Positions 8,493 through 21,199 are shown, counted from the first letter of the stretch. The stretch: DNA of 64,000 nucleotides from Yuukianura sp. NJ FZ-2021 (GCA_046563655.1 CM102287.1:1240001-1304000); one strand, 5' to 3'. Numbers and translations: made by a program. The notes: generated by a model not told the origin, from the sequence alone.

Positions 8493-11400
8493 GAGGATTT
8501 CAAAAATATAATTTACTTTCTGTTCATTCTCACATTTGCATGTTCATTCTCACAAATTTAAGTCGTTTTGCGTCAAAATGGTGCTCGGCATTCCCCTGGG
8601 TGCCGTATTCCAACCCCAGATAAAATTCGAGGCGGAGCGATTTATCCCGACTTTTAAGTCCGCCCTATCCAGATTTAATGGCGATCTATCCACACCAATG
8701 AAACTTGGGGTCCTGCAGTACGTTTCATAAGGATTTCAGAAAACTAACTCATTTTCACCCGGCATCGTTCCGCGCGGAGGTTTTTCGAATGTTTTGTTTT
8801 GAAACAAATTTTCATAAATAAAAGTAACGAGATGAGGGACGACACAGCAAGTGAAAGTGGGTTCCTGTAGCACTTTTTATGAGGATTTCAAAAATGTTGT
8901 TGCCTTTTACCCAGCATCGTTCCGCAATGCATTTCTTTTGAATTCTCTGCTTTGAAACATGAATTTTCATAAATAAAGGTAACAAGATGAGGGACGACAC
9001 AGCAAGTGAAAGTGGGTTCCTGTAGCACTTTTTATGAGGATTTCAAAAATGTAGTTGACTTTTACCCAGCATCGTTCCGGAATGCATTTCTTTTGAATTC
9101 TCTGTTTTGAAACATGAATTTTCATAAATAAAGGTAACAAGATGAGGGACGACACAGCAAGTGAAAGTGGGTTCCTGTAGCCCTTTTTATGAGGATTTCA
9201 AAAATATAATTTACTTTCTGTTCATTCTCACATTTGCATGTTCATTCTCACAAATTTAAGTCGTTTTGCGTCAAAATGGTGCTCGGCATTCCCCTGGGTG
9301 CCGTATTCCAACCCCAGATAAAATTCGAGGCGGAGCGATTTATCCCGACTTTTAAGTCCGCCCTATCCAGATTTAATGGCGATCTATCCACACCAATGAA
9401 ACTTGGGGTCCTGCAGTACGTTTCATAAGGATTTCAGAAAACTAACTCATTTTCACCCGGCATCGTTCCGCGCGGAGGTTTTTCGAATGTTTTGTTTTGA
9501 AACAAATTTTCATAAATAAAAGTAACGAGATGAGGGACGATACAGCAAGTGAAAGTGGGTTCCTGTAGCACTTTTTATGAGGATTTCAAAAATGTTGTTG
9601 CCTTTTACCCAGCATCGTTCCGGAATGCATTTCTTTTGAATTCTCTGCTTTGAAACATGAATTTTCATAAATAAAGGTAACAAGATGAGGGACGACACAG
9701 CAAGTGAAAGTGGGTTCCTGTAGCACTTTTTATGAGGATTTCAAAAATATAATTTACTTTCTGTTCATTCTCACATTTGCATGTTCATTCTCACAAATTT
9801 AAGTCGTTTTGCGTCAAAATGGTGCTCGGCATTCCCCTGGGTGCCGTATTCCAACCCCAGATAAAATTCGAGGCGGAGCGATTTATCCCGACTTTTAAGT
9901 CCGCCCTATCCAGATTTAATGGCGATCTATCCACACCAATGAAACTTGGGGTCCTGCAGTACGTTTCATAAGGATTTCAGAAAACTAACTCATTTTCACC
10001 CGGCATCGTTCCGCGCGGAGGTTTTTCGAATGTTTTGTTTTGAAACAAATTTTCATAAATAAAAGTAACGAGATGAGGGACGACACAGCAAGTGAAAGTG
10101 GGTTCCTGTAGCACTTTTTATGAGGATTTCAAAAATGTTGTTGCCTTTTACCCAGCATCGTTCCGGAATGCATTTCTTTTGAATTCTCTGTTTTGAAACA
10201 TGAATTTTCATAAATAAAGGTAACAAGATGAGGGACGACACAGCAAGTGAAAGTGGGTTCCTGTAGCCCTTTTTATGAGGATTTCAAAAATATAATTTAC
10301 TTTCTGTTCATTCTCACATTTGCATGTTCATTCTCACAAATTTAAGTCGTTTTGCGTCAAAATGGTGCTCGGCATTCCCCTGGGTGCCGTATTCCAACCC
10401 CAGACAAAATTCGAGGCGGAGCGATTTATCCCGACTTTTAAGTCCGCCCTATCCAGATTTAATGGCGATCTATCCACACCAATGAAACTTGGGGTCCTGC
10501 AGTACGTTTCATAAGGATTTCAGAAAACTAACTCATTTTCACCCGGCATCGTTCCGCGCGGAGGTTTTTCGAATGTTTTGTTTTGAAACAAATTTTCATA
10601 AATAAAAGTAACGAGATGAGGGACGACACAGCAAGTGAAAGTGGGTTCCTGTAGCCCTTTTTATGAGGATTTCAAAAATGTAATTTACTTTCTGTTCATT
10701 CTCACATTTGCATATTCATTCTCACAAGTTTAAGTCGTTTTGCGTCAAAATGGTGCTCGGCATTGCCCTGGGTGCCGTATTCCAACCCCAGATAAAATTC
10801 GAGGCGGAGCGATTTATCCCGACTTTTAAGTCCGCCCTATCCAGATTTAATGGCGATCTATCCACACCAATGAAACTTGGGGTCCTGCAGTACGTTTCAT
10901 AAGGATTTCAGAAAACTAACTCATTTTCACCCGGCATCGTTCCGCGCGGAGGTTTTTCGAATGTTTTGTTTTGAAACAAATTTTCATAAATAAAAGTAAC
11001 GAGATGAGGGACGATACAGCAAGTGAAAGTGGGTTCCTGTAGCACTTTTTATGAGGATTTCAAAAATGTTGTTGCCTTTTACCCAGCATCGTTCCGGAAT
11101 GCATTTCTTTTGAATTCTCTGTTTTGAAACATGAATTTTCATAAATAAAGGTAACAAGATGAGGGACGACACAGCAAGTGAAACTGGGTTCCTGTAGCCC
11201 TTTTTATGAGGATTTCAAAAATATAATTTACTTTCTGTTCATTCTCACATTTGCATGTTCATTCTCACAAATTTAAGTCGTTTTGCGTCAAAATGGTGCT
11301 CGGCATTCCCCTGGGTGCCGTATTCCAACCCCAGATAAAATTCGAGGCGGAGCGATTTATCCCGACTTTTAAGTCCGCCCTATCCAGATTTAATGGCGAT

Positions 11401-14400
11401 CTATCCACACCAATGAAACTTGGGGTCCTGCAGTACGTTTCATAAGGATTTCAGAAAACTAACTCATTTTCACCCGGCATCGTTCCGCGCGGAGGTTTTT
11501 CGAATGTTTTGTTTTGAAACAAATTTTCATAAATAAAAGTAACGAGATGAGGGACGATACAGCAAGTGAAAGTGGGTTCCTGTAGCACTTTTTATGAGGA
11601 TTTCAAAAATGTTGTTGCCTTTTACCCAGCATCGTTCCGGAATGCATTTCTTTTGAATTCTCTGTTTTGAAACATGAATTTTCATAAATAAAGGTAACAA
11701 GATGAGGGACGACACAGCAAGTGAAAGTGGGTTCCTGTAGCACTTTTTATGAGGATTTCAAAAATATAATTTACTTTCTGTTCATTCTCACATTTGCATG
11801 TTCATTCTCACAAATTTAAGTCGTTTTGCGTCAAAATGGTGCTCGGCATTCCCCTGGGTGCCGTATTCCAACCCCAGATAAAATTCGAGGCGGAGCGATT
11901 TATCCCGACTTTTAAGTCCGCCCTATCCAGATTTAATGGCGATCTATCCACACCAATGAAACTTGGGGTCCTGCAGTACGTTTCATAAGGATTTCAGAAA
12001 ACTAACTCATTTTCACCCGGCATCGTTCCGCGCGGAGGTTTTTCGAATGTTTTGTTTTGAAACAAATTTTCATAAATAAAAGTAACGAGATGAGGGACGA
12101 CACAGCAAGTGAAAGTGGGTTCCTGTAGCACTTTTTATGAGGATTTCAAAAATGTTGTTGCCTTTTACCCAGCATCGTTCCGGAATGCATTTCTTTTGAA
12201 TTCTCTGTTTTGAAACATGAATTTTCATAAATAAAGGTAACAAGATGAGGGACGACACAGCAAGTGAAAGTGGGTTCCTGTAGCCCTTTTTATGAGGATT
12301 TCAAAAATATAATTTACTTTCTGTTCATTCTCACATTTGCATGTTCATTCTCACAAATTTAAGTCGTTTTGCGTCAAAATGGTGCTCGGCATTCCCCTGG
12401 GTGCCGTATTCCAAACCCAGACAAAATTCGAGGCGGAGCGATTTATCCCGACTTTTAAGTCCGCCCTATCCAGATTTAATGGCGATCTATCCACACCAAT
12501 GAAACTTGGGGTCCTGCAGTACGTTTCATAAGGATTTCAGAAAACTAACTCATTTTCACCCGGCATCGTTCCGCGCTGAGGTTTTTCGAATGTTTTGTTT
12601 TGAAACATGAATTTTCATAAATAAAGGTAACAAGATGAGGGACGACACAGCAAGTGAAAGTGGGTTCCTGTAGCCCTTTTTATGAGGATTTCAAAAATGT
12701 AATTTACTTTCTGTTCATTCTCACATTTGCATATTCATTCTCACAAGTTTAAGTCGTTTTGCGTCAAAATGGTGCTCGGCATTCCCCTGGGTGCCGTATT
12801 CCAACCCCAGATAAAATTCGAGGCGGAGCGATTTATCCCGACTTTTAAGTCCGCCCTATCCAGATTTAATGGCGATCTATCCACACCAATGAAACTTGGG
12901 GTCCTGCAGTACGTTTCATAAGGATTTCAGAAAACTAACTCATTTTCACCCGGCATCGTTCCGCGCGGAGGTTTTTCGAATGTTTTGTTTTGAAACAAAT
13001 TTTCATAAATAAAAGTAACGAGATGAGGGACGATACAGCAAGTGAAAGTGGGTTCCTGTAGCACTTTTTATGAGGATTTCAAAAATGTTGTTGCCTTTTA
13101 CCCAGCATCGTTCCGGAATGCATTTCTTTTGAATTCTCTGTTTTGAAACATGAATTTTCATAAATAAAGGTAACAAGATGAGGGACGACACAGCAAGTGA
13201 AAGTGGGTTCCTGTAGCCCTTTTTATGAGGATTTCAAAAATATAATTTACTTTCTGTTCATTCTCACATTTGCATGTTCATTCTCACAAATTTAAGTCGT
13301 TTTGCGTCAAAATGGTGCTCGGCATTCCCCTGGGTGCCGTATTCCAACCCCAGATAAAATTCGAGGCGGAGCGATTTATCCCGACTTTTAAGTCCGCCCT
13401 ATCCAGATTTAATGGCGATCTATCCACACCAATGAAACTTGGGGTCCTGCAGTACGTTTCATAAGGATTTCAGAAAACTAACTCATTTTCACCCGGCATC
13501 GTTCCGCGCGGAGGTTTTTCGAATGTTTTGTTTTGAAACAAATTTTCATAAATAAAAGTAACGAGATGAGGGACGACACAGCAAGTGAAAGTGGGTTCCT
13601 GTAGCACTTTTTATGAGGATTTCAAAAATGTTGTTGCCTTTTACCCAGCATCGTTCCGGAATGCATTTCTTTTGAATTCTCTGTTTTGAAACATGAATTT
13701 TCATAAATAAAGGTAACAAGATGAGGGACGACACAGCAAGTGAAAGTGGGTTCCTGTAGCCCTTTTTATGAGGATTTCAAAAATATAATTTACTTTCTGT
13801 TCATTCTCACATTTGAATGTTCATTCTCACAAATTTAAGTCGTTTTGCGTCAAAATGGTGCTCGGCATTCCCCTGGGTGCCGTATTATAACCCCAGACAA
13901 AATTCGAGGCGGAGCGATTTATCCCGACTTTTAAGTCCGCCCTATCCAGATTTAATGGCGATCTATCCACACCAATGAAACTTGGGGTCCTGCAGTACGT
14001 TTCATAAGGATTTCAGAAAACTAACTCATTTTCACCCGGCATCGTTCCGCGCGGAGGTTTTTCGAATGTTCTGTTTTGAAACAAATTTTCATAAATAAAA
14101 GTAACGAGATGAGGGACGATACAGCAAGTGAAAGTGGGTTCCTGTAGCACTTTTTATGAGGATTTCAAAAATGTTGTTGCCTTTTACCCAGCATCGTTCC
14201 GGAATGCATTTCTTTTGAATTCTCTGCTTTGAAACATGAATTTTCATAAATAAAGGTAACAAGATGAGGGACGATACAGCAAGTGAAAGTGGGTTCCTGT
14301 AGCACTTTTTATGAGGATTTCAAAAATGTTGTTGCCTTTTACCCAGCATCGTTCCGGAATGCATTTCTTTTGAATTCTCTGCTTTGAAACATGAATTTTC

Positions 14401-14945
14401 ATAAATAAAGGTAACAAGATGAGGGACGACACAGCAAGTGAAAGTGGGTTCCTGTAGCACTTTTTATGAGGATTTCAAAAATGTTGTTGCCTTTTACCCA
14501 GCATCGTTCCGGAATGCATTTCTTTTGAATTCTCTGCTTTGAAACATGAATTTTCATAAATATAGGTAACACGATGAGGGACGACACAGCAAGTGAAAGT
14601 GGGTTCCTGTAGCACTTTTTATGAGGATTTCAAAAATGTAGTTGACTTTTACCCAGCATCGTTCCGGAATGCATTTCTTTTGAATTCTCTGTTTTGAAAC
14701 ATGAATTTTCATAAATAAAGGTAACAAGATGAGGGACGACACAGCAAGTGAAAGTGGGTTCCTGTAGCCCTTTTTATGAGGATTTCAAAAATATAATTTA
14801 CTTTCTGTTCATTCTCACATTTGCATGTTCATTCTCACAAATTTAAGTCGTTTTGCGTCAAAATGGTGCTCGGCATTCCCCTGGGTGCCGTATTCCAACC
14901 CCAGACAAAATTCGAGGCGGAGCGATTTATCCCGACTTTTAAGTC
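8493..14945 (+). repeat. Satellite array, left segment: ~155-bp monomer family in higher-order repeats of 388, 543, 698 and 1008 bp
   Basis: Each unit is a 236-bp X monomer, a 152-bp Y monomer and n x 155-bp monomers (first unit: 8493-8728, 8729-8880, 8881-9035, 9036-9190). There are 12 unit starts. Confidence 0.98.
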
Positions 14946-15440
14946 TGTAGGATAATTGGGGTTATTTCTATTTTTAGTTAAGACTAACTTTAGCTTCCCG
15001 CCCTTCAAAACGAAAGGTCAGTTTTTGATGAGACTTGGTGGGCTTATAGGCTTAAGTGTTTAGTATATCCCCTGTAATTTCTAGCTTTCCGACAAGTCAG
15101 GTTTGTAAGTAGTGGGTGGAGATAGGGTGCGACGTTAGCGTCTGGCGTCTGGCCTTCGGCTATTCTGTCTTTTCTCCTCTCCCTCTTTTTGTGTATTCCC
15201 ATAAGTTTAGTATAAGAAAAAAGACAAGATTCAGAGATTGAAGAGACAACACATAAGTTTAGTTCTAAGTTGTCAATAATTGGATTAATTGGTAAAGAAT
15301 ATTAATAAACCAGTAAAACTAACATCGACAACAGCCCGAACGATCAGTCCATTTAAGCAGCGTTTGAGAGCCGGCCAAGTTACAGAACTCCCATTGATAT
15401 AGCGTAATCGACGGGTAGTTGGTTAGCGCCATATTCTACA
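14946..15440 (+). repeat. 5' LTR of BEL/Pao A, 495 bp
   Basis: TGTAGGATAA...ATATTCTACA; direct repeat of 21221-21715. Confidence 0.97.
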
Positions 15441-15444
15441 TTTG

Positions 15445-15457
15445 TGGTGACCCTCGG
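15445..15457 (+). promoter_or_regulatory. Primer-binding site, tRNA-Trp-like
   Basis: TGGTGACCC lies 4 nt after the LTR and matches the first 9 nt of the known tRNA-Trp PBS TGGTGACCCCGACG. Confidence 0.65.
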
Positions 15458-15651
15458 AGCAAACTTGGAGTTGTTGGATCCACGCAGCCTTGGAGGATCG
15501 TTCTGGAAGGATCACTGGACATCACTTATAAACAACAGTATACGTAGAGGCGACCACTGCCGGAGTGTGGTTAAGCAAGGTGATTGTCGCTCCAGTGACG
15601 ATTGTTAGTATTCTTACTAATTTTGGTTTTGTTTGAATCTTATTTTGAGAC

Positions 15652-18600
15652 ATGGATCGTGCTAAGAAGGCAAGAGATCTACAGAGACTTGGCGTGACGG
15701 ACCTAATCGCGAATTTAGAGTCCGAATTGAAAAGGGAATCGGTTTCCGAAAATGACGTCATCGCGGCTGTCACGATGCTGGATGATGCAGTGGAGAGATT
15801 GGCGGATCTTCACGAACAGGTGTTGACTTTTCTTTTGGATGATGAATCATCAACCCCAGAGACGTTGCACACGGAGTGGCGTGTCAACAATGACTTCAAG
15901 AAGAGAGCAATGCTAGTGAAGATTGAAGCACAGAAGATTCTCCATCCACCGACCAAGTCACAGAATCGTTCGTCGAATGATGATGACGCATCGTCTACCA
16001 GCCGACACAGGAAGATGAAGTTACCGAAGACAGAGTTACGCAAGTACTCTGGAGAACTGGTCGACTGGATTGGATGGTGGTCACAATTTAAGAAGATTGA
16101 CGACGATGACGAAATACACGTTGTGGACAAGTTCGGGTATCTCGTTCAGTGTATGGTGCGAGGATCCAAGGCAGAGGAAGTAGTCAAGCGGTACCCTGAG
16201 TCGGCTCAGAACTACCCAAAGGCTTTGGAGGCACTGAAAGAGAGGTTCGGGAATCCGAAACTGCTAAAACAAGTGTATGTTCGAGAATTAATGAAGTTGA
16301 TGTGGGACACTTGGGCGAAGGAGAAGAAGCCATTGGATATCCTTTATGGGAAATTAGAAGCTTCTCTTCAGTCTCTACAGTCCCTTGGTGTAAGTGTTGA
16401 CAACATGGTTGAACTGTTGTTTCCTATGGTGGAATCCTGCTTGCCGGAGGACATTTTGGTTGCATGGCAACGAAGTTCCGACTTTGGGCGTGATGGGTCC
16501 AAGGAGAACCCACCAAAGAGTGAACTTGATTTCCTACTGGCATTTCTCAAGAGAGAAGCGGGCAACAAGGAACAACGGGCACTTACTCAGATTGGTTTTG
16601 GACCTGGTCCTAGCCAAAAGAAGAAAAGCCACAACAGTCACAGGGATGAAGAAGAAGATGTGCCCACAGCGGCTGGACTGTTCAGTGGACAATTTGAAAA
16701 CAAAGAGAGAAACCAGTGCTTGTTTTGTGAAAAGCAACATCCCTCTAAAGAGTGCTTTAAGGCACAGAAGATGACATTAGAAGACAGGAAAGAGGTCATC
16801 AAGAAGAAGGGTGTTTGTTTTTCGTGTTTAAAAGGCGGACACAGGGCTAATAAGTGTCGTAGTACTCCTCAGTGCCTTGTCTGCGGTAAGAAGCATTTGG
16901 TTCTACTCTGCCCCCAGATCTCATCGTCGTCCAAAGGTTCCAGTGAAGGAAAAGACAAAGATGATGCGAAGAAGAATCAGACGGTGCTCTCAAGTCTCAA
17001 CTGTACCAGCGAAGTCGTACTCCAGACGCTGATCGTGCAGTTGGAGAATCCAGTGAGCCATAAGAAGAAGAACGTTCGTGTTCTACTCGACTGCGGGAGT
17101 CAAAAGTCATACATCCTAGATTGTACGGCCAAGGAGCTGGATCTGGATCAGAAGGACACCGTGGTCATGAATCATTCATTGTTTGGAGGGACAAATGTCG
17201 TAGGGAATAAGCATTCAATCTACAAGGTTCTAATCGGCAGTGTTTATTCTAAGTTTTCAGTTCCTCTCCTTCTCTTGGACCAGCATCAGATCTGCGGAGC
17301 AATTCCGAGAATTACGCCTGGCCCATGGATGAAGATGCTCAGAGACAGAGGAATTGTGTTGAACGACTTTGACCCGAAGAATCCCGTCGAAATTGAAGTT
17401 TTGTTGGGTGCAGACACCATTGGACAATTTCTGACAGGGAAGATCTTTCGTCTCAAGAACGGGCTGACGGCAACCGAGACAAGATTGGGTTGGACGGTCA
17501 TGGGAGCTACAGGAAGACAGAGCAATTCTGAAGACGTAGCCATGACTGTGGTTTCCATGACTATCGCTAGCTCGACAGTCGCCCAGCTTTGGTCTTTGGA
17601 TGTCCTTGGTATTCGTGACCCCGTGGAGAAGAAGACGCAAGAAGACCGAGAGAGAGAGGCTATTGAAAATTTCCAGAAGACAGTTACTACAGATCCTGAG
17701 GGAAGATACACGGTCTCTCTACCTTGGATCAATGGCTTTCAATCTCTTCCAACTAATCGTGCAGTGGCTCAGAAGCGGTTGGAAAACACCACCAGGAAGT
17801 TAGTGTCTCTGAATCGGTTCTCAGAGTATGACAAAGTGTTTCAAGAGTGGGAATCCGAGGGCATAATTTCAGTAGTCGAGGACTTGGGTGACAGTGAGAG
17901 TGTTCCGTGTCATTATGTTCCTCATCGCGCCGTCTTCAAGGCCAGCTTAACTACTCCAGTGCGTCCAGTGTTCGACGCTTCGTGTAAGGTCGGGAGGAAT
18001 CCGTCACTTAATGAGTGCCTGGAGAAAGGACCGAATCTGCTGGAACTTCTTCCTTCAATTTTACTTCGTTTCAGGATGGGGAAGATTGGTGTGACAGCAG
18101 ATATCCGTAAGGCCTTTCTCATGATCAATGTGAAAGAAAGTGATCGTGATTTCCTGCGATTCTTATGGTGGGAGGACAAGGAACGACAAAAAGTGAAAGT
18201 GTTTCGGCACAACCGAGTCGTTTTTGGGATGAACTGTAGTCCATTCCTTTTAGGTGCAGTTGTCTTCCATCATTTGAACCAGCATCGGTGTGAAAATCCC
18301 GAGGTCGTAAGTTTGATTGAAAGGTCTCTTTACGTGGACAATGTAGCTCTTACAGTGGACAGTGATTCCGAGTATGAAAAAGTGAAATCAGTTTCTTCAG
18401 ACATTTTTTCACAGGCTACAATGGACCTTAGACAGTGGGAGAGAACCGGTGTTTGGACTGATCAAATCATTACCAGTGTTCTAGGGATGAAGTGGGATAA
18501 GAAGGCGGACACGATCTTTTGTGATGTGGTTCCTACCATTATTCCATTAAAAGTGACTAAAAGAGTTATTTTATCTCAATTGCAGAAACTCTTTGACCCC

Positions 18601-20991
18601 CTAGGACTTTGGACTCCAGTTGTCACTTTACCGAAAGTACTTCTTCAACAAGCGTGGAACGAGAGCAAGACTTGGGATGAAGAAGTATCTACTGAAATGA
18701 AGACAGAATTCCTCAGTTGGTCAAAGGAATTAGCTGAAGTCAGTGACAAAGTTCAACTACCTCGAGACTGTACCAGTGGAACAACCAGAGACAACCGAAA
18801 GATCCAAATTCATGTGTTTGGTGACGCAAGTAAGAAGGCTTACGCAACAGTGGTGTTTCTTCGCATTGAAACTCAAGACGGTGTCAAAATCCGATTTATT
18901 CAAGCGAAATCAAGAGTAGCGCCACTGAAACCAACCACAATACCCAGATTGGAGCTTCTTTCGTGTTGCATTTCAGCAAGACTGGTGACAGCAATTAAGT
19001 CAGCATTAGACCTCGGAGACGACGTTCCGACTTTCCTTTGGACGGATTCCAGCACGGCCCTGTCGTGGATTCGCCGAAGTGACGAGTGGGGAACGTTCGT
19101 GGGGAATAGGGTCAAGGAGATCCTGAAGCTGACGAAAGTAGAAGACTGGAACCACATTCCGGGTTTGGAAAATCCGGCAGATCTGCCATCCAGGGGGACT
19201 TCTCCGACCAGGTTCGTATTGTCGCGATGGTGGGAGGGACCTGATTGGTTGAAATTGGAAAAGGAGATGTGGCCCAGATCAGAATCATCGGTGGACGAAG
19301 ATGCAGTCAATCAGGAGCGAAAGAAGAGTATCACGACACTCACGAACATAACTACTCCTGCGCCTGCCTCGTCACCATGGTATGTCACCAAGAATTCGTT
19401 TCATCAGACTCTTCGTGTTTTTGCTTATGTCATCCGGTTTGTGAGTCTTTTGAAGAAGGAGTCTACAGAGAAGTCCGAGATTCCTACCATCACAGAACTG
19501 GAAGAGGCAGAACGAAGATTGATCATGATCATTCAAGAGGAATCTTTTCCCATGGACAAAAGTGTAATTCAGGGTTTGAGAGTGCTAGTGGACTCAGATG
19601 GACTACTAAAAGTGAAAACCAAAGTGACTAATCGAGTTGACACAGACACTTTTAGGAAACCAATTTTACTTCCACATTCTCATCCCATTGTCAATCTCAT
19701 CATCCGAGACACTCACATCTTCAACGCACACGGAGGAGCACAGCTGATGATGGCCAAGTTAAGAGAAAAGTACTGGATCATCCAGGGAAGAAGGGCCATC
19801 AAGAAAGTCATAACCAAGTGCATCGTGTGTAAGAGGTTTGATGGTAAGACTGTTGAAGTTGTGGCTAGTGCTCTACCGGAACCGAGGGTAAGGGAGGCCA
19901 GTGCCTTTGAAGTGACTGGAGTGGATCTGGCAGGCCCCTTAACTCTAAAGAACAGGAAGAAAGCATACATTGTCATGTTTACTTGTGCAGTGTTTCGGTG
20001 TGTTCATCTGGAGGTGACCGAATCATTGTCTACTGATGACTTTCTTCTCTCATTTATCAGATTCTGCAAAAGGAAACAACGGCCATCGATCGTCTACTCT
20101 GACAACGGAACGAACTTCGTCGGAGCAGTGAATCTGTTTAAGGAGATCGACTGGGACCTTGTTCAAGAGAAGACGCAGAAACAGAAAATCAAATGGATCT
20201 TCAATCCACCTTCCGCACCGTGGTGGGGCGGATGGTGGGAGAGGCTCATCAAGAGCACCAAGGATCTTCTCCGCAGGATGCTTGGATTTCAGAAGCTGAC
20301 TTACGTTCAATTGGAAACTGTCTTGTGCGAAGTGGAAGCTGCGGTGAACCACAGACCATTGACGTACGTCACAGAAGATCAAGACGACTTTGTACCATTG
20401 ACCCCGGCCATGTTCATCCATAATCTTCCGAATTGCGAAGTGCCGGAGGCTCAACTGATCATGCAGAAAACCCTTGGACAAGAGAAGAAATGGCTGGACC
20501 AGTTACTGCAGGAAGTGAAACAGCGTTTTCGTTCTGAGTACTTGGGTCAGTTAGTCCAACGGGGCAAGGAACAGAAGACCAGGACTTTCAGCATTGGAGA
20601 GATCGTGCTCATCGAAGTGGATAATAAGAAGCGGATTTTCTGGCCAATGGGGAGGATTCTGGAGCTGCTTCCTGGGAAGGATGGAGAAATTCGGGTAGCC
20701 AGATTGAAGACGAAGAATGGAGAGCTGCTACGTCCCATCCAACGACTCGTGCCAATGGAATTGAGACATGACGAGATACCGGAGCCACCAGTCAAGACAG
20801 CCGAGAGCAACATTGTCAAGACAGCCGAGAGCTCCAACGTCATCGACCACGAATCTGCAGGTGACAGCGACAGCGACACTTATTGTGAGTGCCTGCCGTG
20901 TCAAGACGAAGATGAGGTCATCACTGCAGAACCAGAACAGAAGACAAGAAGCGGACGGACCATTCGGAAACCGATTCGCTATGGACAGTGA
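15652..20991 (+). CDS. BEL/Pao Gag-Pol polyprotein, 1779 aa
   Basis: KLPKTEL gag domain (DUF1759-like), three Cys/His knuckles, LLDCGSQ protease, RT (ADIRKAF, FGMNCSPF, YVDN), HVFGDAS RNase H/Pao domain, integrase (GVDLAGP, SDNGTNF, WWERL). Confidence 0.97.
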   Translation: MDRAKKARDLQRLGVTDLIANLESELKRESVSENDVIAAVTMLDDAVERLADLHEQVLTFLLDDESSTPETLHTEWRVNNDFKKRAMLVKIEAQKILHPPTKSQNRSSNDDDASSTSRHRKMKLPKTELRKYSGELVDWIGWWSQFKKIDDDDEIHVVDKFGYLVQCMVRGSKAEEVVKRYPESAQNYPKALEALKERFGNPKLLKQVYVRELMKLMWDTWAKEKKPLDILYGKLEASLQSLQSLGVSVDNMVELLFPMVESCLPEDILVAWQRSSDFGRDGSKENPPKSELDFLLAFLKREAGNKEQRALTQIGFGPGPSQKKKSHNSHRDEEEDVPTAAGLFSGQFENKERNQCLFCEKQHPSKECFKAQKMTLEDRKEVIKKKGVCFSCLKGGHRANKCRSTPQCLVCGKKHLVLLCPQISSSSKGSSEGKDKDDAKKNQTVLSSLNCTSEVVLQTLIVQLENPVSHKKKNVRVLLDCGSQKSYILDCTAKELDLDQKDTVVMNHSLFGGTNVVGNKHSIYKVLIGSVYSKFSVPLLLLDQHQICGAIPRITPGPWMKMLRDRGIVLNDFDPKNPVEIEVLLGADTIGQFLTGKIFRLKNGLTATETRLGWTVMGATGRQSNSEDVAMTVVSMTIASSTVAQLWSLDVLGIRDPVEKKTQEDREREAIENFQKTVTTDPEGRYTVSLPWINGFQSLPTNRAVAQKRLENTTRKLVSLNRFSEYDKVFQEWESEGIISVVEDLGDSESVPCHYVPHRAVFKASLTTPVRPVFDASCKVGRNPSLNECLEKGPNLLELLPSILLRFRMGKIGVTADIRKAFLMINVKESDRDFLRFLWWEDKERQKVKVFRHNRVVFGMNCSPFLLGAVVFHHLNQHRCENPEVVSLIERSLYVDNVALTVDSDSEYEKVKSVSSDIFSQATMDLRQWERTGVWTDQIITSVLGMKWDKKADTIFCDVVPTIIPLKVTKRVILSQLQKLFDPLGLWTPVVTLPKVLLQQAWNESKTWDEEVSTEMKTEFLSWSKELAEVSDKVQLPRDCTSGTTRDNRKIQIHVFGDASKKAYATVVFLRIETQDGVKIRFIQAKSRVAPLKPTTIPRLELLSCCISARLVTAIKSALDLGDDVPTFLWTDSSTALSWIRRSDEWGTFVGNRVKEILKLTKVEDWNHIPGLENPADLPSRGTSPTRFVLSRWWEGPDWLKLEKEMWPRSESSVDEDAVNQERKKSITTLTNITTPAPASSPWYVTKNSFHQTLRVFAYVIRFVSLLKKESTEKSEIPTITELEEAERRLIMIIQEESFPMDKSVIQGLRVLVDSDGLLKVKTKVTNRVDTDTFRKPILLPHSHPIVNLIIRDTHIFNAHGGAQLMMAKLREKYWIIQGRRAIKKVITKCIVCKRFDGKTVEVVASALPEPRVREASAFEVTGVDLAGPLTLKNRKKAYIVMFTCAVFRCVHLEVTESLSTDDFLLSFIRFCKRKQRPSIVYSDNGTNFVGAVNLFKEIDWDLVQEKTQKQKIKWIFNPPSAPWWGGWWERLIKSTKDLLRRMLGFQKLTYVQLETVLCEVEAAVNHRPLTYVTEDQDDFVPLTPAMFIHNLPNCEVPEAQLIMQKTLGQEKKWLDQLLQEVKQRFRSEYLGQLVQRGKEQKTRTFSIGEIVLIEVDNKKRIFWPMGRILELLPGKDGEIRVARLKTKNGELLRPIQRLVPMELRHDEIPEPPVKTAESNIVKTAESSNVIDHESAGDSDSDTYCECLPCQDEDEVITAEPEQKTRSGRTIRKPIRYGQ

Positions 20992-21199
20992 GATCATTTC
21001 ATTTAGTTAAGTGGTAATTTTAAGATTTGATTTCAGTTTTAATTTTCATTTTAGAGTTTAAGTTTTGTTTTCATTGATTCATTTCTAGGTTAAGTGTTTT
21101 CGTTATTTTTTAACTTAAGGCACTTTCCCCTTTGTTGATGGTGCTAAGCCGTAACGTGCTATTTTAATTTTAATTTTGACTTTCCCTTTCGTTAGCACT

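Noticed and set aside
8493..9190. CENP-B box or an embedded 5S/tRNA/snRNA gene in the satellite unit
   Set aside because: I saw no TTCG-n4-A-n2-CGGG match and no recognisable RNA gene by eye. An Infernal/Rfam scan would be needed to exclude the latter fully.
18331..18345. RT motif YVDN as an inactivating mutation
   Set aside because: YVDN is a common natural variant in BEL/Pao reverse transcriptases.
217..21010. Short antisense and overlapping ORFs within the gag/pol genes
   Set aside because: They are shadow frames of long coding regions with no independent motifs.
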